DNA of 5,719 nucleotides from a virus (Duplodnaviria; Heunggongvirae; Uroviricota; Caudoviricetes): IMG/VR virus record IMGVR_UViG_3300029498_000035; one strand, 5' to 3'. Shown piece by piece: positions 1 to 3,956 of this stretch (position 1 is its first letter; each line of letters starts with the position of its first letter). The notes under the pieces were generated by a model. It saw only the letters and a program-made list of their open reading frames with translations, ran no database searches and was not told where the DNA came from. The position numbers and the translations under genes were made by a program.

Positions 1-115
1 GACTGGCCGGCAAACCGGGTACGCGATCTGTTGCCCTGGAAAGTTGATCTGAGCTCTCAGTAAATATCAATACGGTTCTGACGAGTCGCTTACCGTTATC
101 CGGAAGCTGACAACA

Positions 116-146
116 ATAAAAAAGCCACCAGTTAACTACTGATGGC
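116..146 (-). terminator. putative intrinsic terminator after the DUF1737-like ORF region
   Basis: Plus 124-146 gccaccag/ttaacta/ctgatggc forms an 8-bp stem (one G.U pair) with a 7-nt loop. It is preceded on plus by the A-tract 116-123, which is a U-tract following the hairpin on the minus-strand RNA. Confidence 0.45.
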
Positions 147-389
147 TCTGATAACTCATGCAAGCGTCTCAGACGATCCACTGACACTACCGGTGAGTTT
201 AACGATACCTTCCATTTGACTGGCTCACTTTTTATGATGATGCCGGTGTATTTATCTCCAGCACCAGACTTTCTATCTCAACGCCATACGTTGCATTTTT
301 GGTAATATCCGTCAGCGTCAGTGCATTTAGTCCCACTGCCAGACCGTCTTTTATGGCCTGGAATGCCGGGCCAGTACGATGACGTAGTA

Positions 390-578
390 TCACTCCGGCT
401 CAGTTGCACCACTGACCACCACATCACCTTCTGCTGCAATCGCCTGCATCAGGGTATAAGGGGTTATGGCCACCGGACTACCAAACGGCTGCCAGCCCTC
501 TTTCAGTTTATGTGTCAGCTTTTCCGCAAGATCTGACGGCGCCGCCGCCCTGACAACATCATAGTGTTTAAATGCCAT
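390..578 (-). CDS. small prophage protein, tentatively DUF1737-like
   Basis: ORF-track minus ORF 390..593. I place the start at the second ATG (578..576) because it is preceded by an SD-like GGTGGAAAG, while the first ATG (593) has none. The product is 62 aa starting MAFKHYDVVRAA. The family resemblance is recalled from memory and the position fits genes found near lysis cassettes in lambdoid prophages; not searched. Confidence 0.5.
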   Translation of the reverse strand: MAFKHYDVVRAAAPSDLAEKLTHKLKEGWQPFGSPVAITPYTLMQAIAAEGDVVVSGATEPE

Positions 579-838
579 GGTTCTTTCCACCATCTGAAAA
601 ATAATTCTTTAAAATACCAGACATGTAACACAGAAAAAACACAAAACCATACCTTAAATAGAAACCTGATCATCAAGCAGATATGCATGGATAAACTACA
701 AGACGAGATATAAACCACCCTGCATTTAAATAAACAATAAACAACATCAGAAAAATAATTCTGCTCTATGGTTTATATTCAAAAATATCATTTATACTTT
801 TCAGAACATCACCAGCAAGGCATAAACAAGGAAGCTAA

Positions 839-1174
839 ATGAAGTGGATTGTGATTGATACAGTTATCCAGCCATCATGCGGAATATCTTTTTCAGTCAT
901 ATGGAGTAAAGTAAAATTAATAATCTGGTATCAATCGGATGCTTTCTTACCTCCTGAAAGTATATTTACACTGACTCACACAGGTATCATGCTCAATAAC
1001 AAAGTGCTACCTGTAACCATTTACAACGTAGTACCATTCAATAAAACATTCTGGAATTTAATCAAAAACAGCCAGGAATGCCCTACAAATACAGATAACG
1101 TATTGAATGAATGCTTTAATAACCGTTGCACTCTGCAAATATGTTCTTATGGACTAAAACAACAAAGTCCATAA
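839..1174 (+). CDS. hypothetical protein, AT-rich orphan ORF (moron candidate)
   Basis: ORF-track plus ORF of 111 aa. A strong Shine-Dalgarno AAGGAAG at 828-834 sits 4-6 nt before the ATG. A TATACT -10-like hexamer lies at 793-798. The ORF sits in a low-GC island (sampled at about 25% GC upstream of the ORF, estimated about 33% within it) against roughly 50% GC flanks. An open frame this long is unexpected by chance in AT-rich DNA. No family recognised. Confidence 0.5.
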   Translation: MKWIVIDTVIQPSCGISFSVIWSKVKLIIWYQSDAFLPPESIFTLTHTGIMLNNKVLPVTIYNVVPFNKTFWNLIKNSQECPTNTDNVLNECFNNRCTLQICSYGLKQQSP

Positions 1175-1200
1175 GGAGTTTACTCACATCTGACAAAATC

Positions 1201-1229
1201 AATATAAACAGCCCCTCCGGAGAGGGGCT
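1201..1229 (-). terminator. intrinsic terminator hairpin (copy A of repeat), possibly bidirectional
   Basis: agcccctc-cgga-gaggggct (1210-1229) is an 8-bp GC-rich stem with a 4-nt loop. The plus A/T-rich run 1201-1209 gives uguuuauauu after the hairpin on the minus RNA. The hairpin also sits 36 nt after the stop of the plus-strand ORF 839-1174. Confidence 0.55.
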
Positions 1230-1363
1230 GGAGAGTGGCGCTATGTGCCATTGCATGGTGCCGGGTGCCTCCCGGTGAATTCAGTACCAGCACCTGAATC
1301 CGCGATTATCCCATATACCTACTCGCTGATTACCCCTCCGCACAGGGGGATTCACCATGCGAA
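1201..1363 (-). ncRNA. candidate small RNA (copy A), model only
   Basis: A conserved -35-like TTGTCT (minus; plus 1390-1395) and an A-rich -10-like region lie upstream. A 5'/3' inverted repeat caccatgc (1353-1360) and gcatggtg (1253-1260) would close the RNA. It ends at the terminator 1201-1229. No ORF is conserved between the two copies. Confidence 0.3.
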
Positions 1364-1420
1364 ATTTTTTAACAAACTTCCCGCCGGCCAGACAATAATC
1401 GCCAGCCTGAATTATGAGCA
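1210..1420. repeat. copy A of a ~210-bp diverged direct repeat (structured element)
   Basis: Shares with copy B the identical 20-nt hairpin, the block gcatggtgcc(g/a)gg(t/g)gcctcccggt(g/a)aattcag, a cccc-N8-gggg hairpin, the identical 18-mer gggggattcaccatgcga, and the block ttttaacaaa..ccagacaat(a/c)atc. Intervening blocks are only about 50% identical. Confidence 0.75.
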
Positions 1421-1455
1421 ACGTGGCATTTTACGGGAAAACTGTTTTCTGCAGT

Positions 1456-1478
1456 AAAAAGGCCCGCCGGAGCGAGCC
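1456..1478 (-). terminator. putative intrinsic terminator
   Basis: Plus ggcccgcc-gg-agcgagcc (1461-1478). On the minus RNA this reads GGCUCGCU-CC-GGCGGGCC with all 8 positions paired, two of them G.U wobbles that pair only in the minus-strand RNA. It is followed by UUUUUAC (plus A-tract 1456-1460). Confidence 0.45.
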
Positions 1479-1663
1479 TGGAAGGATAGCGGTCATGTGA
1501 TGCCGGTTTCCCGGTAACTCAGCATCGGTATCTGAGTCAACGTTTTCTCTACTGGGTCATTTCCGATACGTTCCGCCTTCCGGCAGACTTTCATCACGTC
1601 AGAAAATATAGCACCCTGAGTAACAGGACAGTACTCAGAATTCAGGAAACTGTGACACATCCT

Positions 1664-1692
1664 GCACAGAAAAGCCCCTCCGGAGAGGGGCT
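1664..1692 (-). terminator. intrinsic terminator hairpin (copy B of repeat)
   Basis: agcccctc-cgga-gaggggct at 1673-1692, identical to copy A. The minus RNA continues CUUUUCUGUG after the stem (plus 1664-1672). Confidence 0.6.
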
Positions 1693-1829
1693 GAAGTATA
1701 GCCTAATTTCTGTCTGTCGCATGGTGCCAGGGGCCTCCCGGTAAATTCAGCCTGTCTACTGAATTTGCATGTTCTCTGGATCATACACTTTGCCAGATGC
1801 CCCGCCGCTGAGGGGGATTCACCATGCGA
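1664..1829 (-). ncRNA. candidate small RNA (copy B), model only
   Basis: A conserved -35-like TTGTCT (minus; plus 1859-1864) lies upstream. The inverted-repeat arms and terminal terminator are as in copy A. ORF-track ORF 1635..1904 here has a TTG start and reads straight through the terminator hairpin, so it is probably not coding. Confidence 0.3.
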
Positions 1830-1888
1830 TGTTATTTTTAACAAATTCTCCGGCAGCCAGACAATCATCAAGCTGTGGAATTGTGAGG
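1673..1888. repeat. copy B of a ~210-bp diverged direct repeat (structured element)
   Basis: Same conserved blocks as copy A at an offset of about 463-469 bp. The long-range inverted repeat cgcatggtg (1718-1726) and caccatgcg (1820-1828) is present, and the second hairpin is at 1797-1816. Confidence 0.75.
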
Positions 1889-2031
1889 TATTTAAAAATT
1901 TCAACGGGTAACTGATACCCTGCTAATCGCCTGATGCTTTCTTTTTCAGCAACGGGAAAGCAACAACCACACACCCGCCACCAAAACACCATCAGACAGC
2001 ACCGACATTATCCGGCTGCTGAAGTCCACCA

Positions 2032-2107
2032 TCACCACCAGAAACAACAGGAGTGCAACCACAGCTGCTTAGAAGGCAATTGCTCTGTCCGGCTGAGCTA
2101 ACAACGC
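2032..2107 (-). pseudogene. truncated tRNA-Arg(UCU)-like gene (intact 5' half, degenerate 3' half)
   Basis: The minus strand reads GCGTTGT-TA-GCTC-AGCCGGACA-GAGC-A-ATTGC-CTTCTAA-GCAGC, giving an acceptor 5' strand, a D-arm and an anticodon loop with UCU, close to E. coli argU through the anticodon loop. No canonical T-arm or complementary acceptor 3' strand (ACAACGC) follows. The 3' boundary is approximate. Confidence 0.45.
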
Positions 2108-2121
2108 AGAATACCGATAAA

Positions 2122-2198
2122 TGGACCGCCATCGAGAACTCGAACCCCGCGCAACCAGCTTCGAAGGCTGGCGCTCTATCCCGATGAGCTAATGGTGG
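2122..2198 (-). tRNA. tRNA-Arg (anticodon UCG)
   Basis: The 77-nt minus-strand sequence is CCACCAT-TA-GCTC-ATCGGGATA-GAGC-G-CCAGC-CTTCGAA-GCTGG-TTGCG-CGGGG-TTCGAGT-TCTCG-ATGGCGG-T-CCA. The D and anticodon stems are perfect and the T-loop is TTCGAGT. The acceptor has one A:C mismatch and the T-stem has two G.U pairs. CCA is encoded. Confidence 0.65.
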
Positions 2199-2207
2199 TA
2201 TGTGATA

Positions 2208-2283
2208 TGGTGGCCCTTGCTGGATTTGAACCAGCGACCTGGCGATTATGAGTCGCTCGCTCTCACCACTGAGCTAAAGGGCC
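2208..2283 (-). tRNA. ileZ: tRNA-Ile2 (anticodon CAU, lysidine type), phage ileZ-like
   Basis: The 76-nt minus-strand sequence GGCCCTTTAGCTCAGTGGTGAGAGCGAGCGACTCATAATCGCCAGGTCGCTGGTTCAAATCCAGCAAGGGCCACCA folds as a cloverleaf with a 7-bp acceptor stem, D-stem GCTC/GAGC, anticodon loop CTCATAA and T-loop TTCAAAT. It is near-identical in pattern to E. coli ileX as I recall it, with a compensatory change in the acceptor stem. Confidence 0.88.
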
Positions 2284-2292
2284 GGGAGCAGA

Positions 2293-2321
2293 ATAATAAT
2301 GGTGCGTAATTAATTCTGCAA
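2293..2321 (-). promoter_or_regulatory. candidate sigma70 promoter for the tRNA cluster
   Basis: On the minus strand, TTGCAG (plus 2316-2321), a 17-bp spacer and TATTAT (plus 2293-2298) end about 10 nt upstream of the tRNA-Ile 5' end. This sits in the 49-bp gap after the methyltransferase stop. Confidence 0.35.
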
Positions 2322-2332
2322 TCTCATCCGTT

Positions 2333-3382
2333 TCAAACGATTAAATCCTGAACTTCCCTGACTGTCTGCTCAAAACGTCCGGTCTCCAGCTCAACACCAA
2401 TCGCACGACGCCCCAGTGCCATCGCCGCTTTTACCGTTGAACCCGACCCCATGAAAAAATCCGCAACCAGATCACCAGGACGACTACTTGCGCTGATTAT
2501 CTGCTGCAGCATTTCTGCCGGTTTTTCGCACGGATGTTTCCCTGGATAGTACTGCACCGGTTTATACGTCCACACATCGGTGTACGGCACCTGCACCGTC
2601 ACACCGAAATACCTCCGCAAATTTTTATATTCACTCAGCAGTTCCGTATACTGCCGGTTCAGCTCACTGTATGTGCTGACCAGTTGGTAATGGGACTTTT
2701 CCAGTTCTCCCCGCTGATGTTTCTCTTCTGCCACCCGGGCAAACAGCGACTGTAATTTCAGATAATCGCTTTCGTTCGGTAGCTGCCACTGACTGGCACT
2801 GAACCAGTGCGACACCATGTTTTTCTTTCCTGTGGCATCTGCAATCTGTTTTGCCGTTATCCCCAGGGCCGCGCGCGCATCACGAAAGTAAGAAATCAGC
2901 GGGGCCATCACATGCTGTTTCAGTGCACTGCCCTTCGCCGCATACCCGGCATCTTTCGGACGATACGGCCCCTGATAATGTTCCGCGAACAGAATGCGCT
3001 CTGTGGCGGGGAAATACGCCCGCAGGCTTTCCTTGTTGCATCCGTTCCAGCGTCCGGACGGCTTCGCCCAGATAATATGGTTCAGCACACTGAAGCGTTC
3101 ACGCATCATGATTTCGATATCAGATGCCAGGCGATGACCACAGAACAGGTAAAGACTTCCGGCAGGTTTCAGCACCCGCCAGAACTGCGCCAGACACTGG
3201 TCCAGCCACTTCAGGTAATCATCGTCGCCCTTCCACTGGTTATCCCAGCCCTCAGGCTTCACTTTAAAGTACGGCGGGTCCGTGACTATCAGGTCAACAG
3301 AATTTTCGGGTAACGACCGGATAAATTCCAGGCAGTCGGCGTTGATTAACTCACAACTGGATATTTTTACAGTATTAAGCAT
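2333..3382 (-). CDS. orphan DNA amino-methyltransferase, beta class (N6-adenine or N4-cytosine), phage-type
   Basis: ORF of 349 aa. Motif IV DPPY (LIVTDPPYF) is near the N-terminus and the AdoMet-binding motif I FxGSGST (DFFMGSGSTVKAA) near the C-terminus, which is the beta-class permutation. No restriction-endonuclease-like partner is in the window. The start ATG 3382..3380 has only a weak SD. Confidence 0.9.
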   Translation of the reverse strand: MLNTVKISSCELINADCLEFIRSLPENSVDLIVTDPPYFKVKPEGWDNQWKGDDDYLKWLDQCLAQFWRVLKPAGSLYLFCGHRLASDIEIMMRERFSVLNHIIWAKPSGRWNGCNKESLRAYFPATERILFAEHYQGPYRPKDAGYAAKGSALKQHVMAPLISYFRDARAALGITAKQIADATGKKNMVSHWFSASQWQLPNESDYLKLQSLFARVAEEKHQRGELEKSHYQLVSTYSELNRQYTELLSEYKNLRRYFGVTVQVPYTDVWTYKPVQYYPGKHPCEKPAEMLQQIISASSRPGDLVADFFMGSGSTVKAAMALGRRAIGVELETGRFEQTVREVQDLIV

Positions 3383-3475
3383 GGATCATTAAGCCTGTCT
3401 CTGATAGGCTCATTCTGCTTTTGCGCAAAGCAGTGGGCCTGAGGTTTGCTTGTGAACCCAACGCATGAGCAGATG

Positions 3476-3504
3476 GCTGGTGGGTGCCCCTAACACCCAC
3501 CAGC
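3476..3504. repeat. perfect 11-bp inverted repeat carrying Chi octamers on both strands
   Basis: gctggtgggtg (3476-3486), spacer cccctaa, cacccaccagc (3494-3504). GCTGGTGG lies on plus at 3476-3483 and its complement ccaccagc at 3497-3504. No U-tract follows on either strand, so it is not a terminator. It lies between the small HTH ORF and the methyltransferase. Confidence 0.55.
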
Positions 3505-3520
3505 CGCCCATTTACCACAA

Positions 3521-3546
3521 ATAAAAAAGCCTTCACTGCGGAAGGC
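3521..3546 (-). terminator. intrinsic terminator downstream of the small HTH ORF
   Basis: gccttc-actgcg-gaaggc (3529-3546) is a 6-bp stem. The plus A-tract 3523-3528 gives UUUUUUAUUUG after the hairpin on the minus RNA. The ORF stop TGA (3533-3535) lies inside the stem. Confidence 0.6.
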
Positions 3547-3730
3547 GTCTGTAACAACCGAACTGATAGTCTGCCAGACCCGCCATAACCAGCTGGGTCA
3601 GTATTAACTGGCAGCGTTCGCGTGAAAGGTAAGTATTCTGCGCTATCTCCCCGACTGTCGCCGGTTCGGTAACGCTTAATTCATTAAACACCACTCTGGC
3701 GGTTTCTGTCATATCCTGCTGTTTTAGCAT
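3533..3730 (-). CDS. small winged-helix DNA-binding protein, possibly PapI/FaeA-like
   Basis: ORF-track ORF 3533..3817 begins with GTG. I prefer the internal ATG 3730..3728, which is preceded by AAGGGA 7 nt upstream, giving 65 aa. The HTH-like core TVGEIAQNTYLSRERCQLILTQLVMAGL resembles PapI/FaeA-type regulators as recalled; not searched. Confidence 0.45.
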   Translation of the reverse strand: MLKQQDMTETARVVFNELSVTEPATVGEIAQNTYLSRERCQLILTQLVMAGLADYQFGCYRRLPQ

Positions 3731-3852
3731 GTCTTTTTCCCTTTTCCGGTTAACGTGACACACCAATAACTCTTGTCGAAAAAGCCAGCAAGCTGAAAGA
3801 CAGGTATTCACCGCCACCAGCGCGTTTACTGTACTGACGCGATTTCAGTCAT

Positions 3853-3875
3853 AAAAAACCCGCCAGGCGGCGGGG
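3853..3875 (-). terminator. tR'-like intrinsic terminator about 65 nt downstream of the late promoter
   Basis: On the minus RNA, CCCGCC-GCCU-GGCGGG (plus 3859-3874) is followed by UUUUUUAUGAC (plus A-tract 3853-3858). Confidence 0.65.
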
Positions 3876-3908
3876 TGTAAAAAATCTTCTAACGTCAGGC
3901 ATAAAACG

Positions 3909-3951
3909 CCCATCGTTAGAGCAAATTTACCACAGATTCGGGAAAAATCAA
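3909..3951 (-). promoter_or_regulatory. late promoter PR' with lambda-type promoter-proximal pause element (qut region)
   Basis: On the minus strand, TTGATT (-35; plus 3946-3951), a 16-bp spacer, TAAATT (-10; plus 3924-3929), then TGCTCT and AACGATGGG (plus 3909-3917). Lambda PR' as I recall it is TAAATT-TGACTC-AACGATGGG, an almost identical -10 and pause-inducing block. It lies immediately after the Q stop codon, as in lambda. Confidence 0.6.
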
Positions 3952-3956
3952 CAACA

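Noticed and set aside
1-389. Minus-strand open frame of 90+ codons running from about 330 off the window start, and a plus-frame tail ending at TAA 61-63
   Set aside because: The minus frame has no ATG (only GTG/TTG), passes through the 124-146 terminator hairpin and shows no membrane or enzyme-like features. The plus fragment is only 20 codons. Neither can be supported without flanking sequence.
321-718. ORFs 321..536 (+) and 515..718 (-) around the DUF1737-like gene
   Set aside because: The first is antisense to the DUF1737-like ORF. The second overlaps its start in another frame and runs into the AT-rich promoter region with a low-complexity translation.
1173-1200. Perfect Shine-Dalgarno AAGGAG at 1173-1178 just after the 111-aa ORF stop
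   Set aside because: No ATG, GTG or TTG lies at a usable distance downstream; the next in-frame triplets hit TGA.
1201-1890. CRISPR array or ERIC/REP-type interspersed repeat as explanation for the duplicated element
   Set aside because: There are only two copies of about 210 bp, with no short regular repeat-spacer periodicity. The shared GGGGATTCAC motif resembles the ERIC core, but the palindromic partner arm of ERIC is absent.
1874-1900. 14-nt identity to the lac promoter-operator left half (tgtggaattgtgag) followed by aatttca
   Set aside because: The right operator half-site (CACAATT) is missing, so a functional LacI operator is unlikely. Probably coincidence, or a generic TGTGA-type half-site.
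1245-1904. ORFs 1245..1457 (+) and 1635..1904 (-) inside the two repeat copies
   Set aside because: Each exists in only one copy and on opposite strands although the copies are direct repeats. The second uses a TTG start and is translated straight through the terminator hairpin. Conservation follows hairpins, not codons.
594-2040. Shiga toxin (stxAB) or another recognisable toxin gene in the cargo slot downstream of the tRNAs
   Set aside because: No ORF of suitable size or with A- or B-subunit-like sequence is present. The only candidate ORF is 111 aa with no recognisable similarity.
2534-3313. Plus-strand ORFs 2534..2755, 2807..3313 and 2851..3075 antisense to the methyltransferase gene
   Set aside because: They are entirely embedded in the opposite strand of a well-supported 349-aa methyltransferase gene, and no RBS or recognisable motifs were noted. 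Typical shadow ORFs.
3375-3557. Minus ORF 3375..3557 (60 aa) bridging the HTH ORF and the methyltransferase start
   Set aside because: It runs through the terminator hairpin and both palindromes and overlaps two better-supported genes. Most likely a chance frame, although its stop overlapping the methyltransferase start could in principle couple translation.
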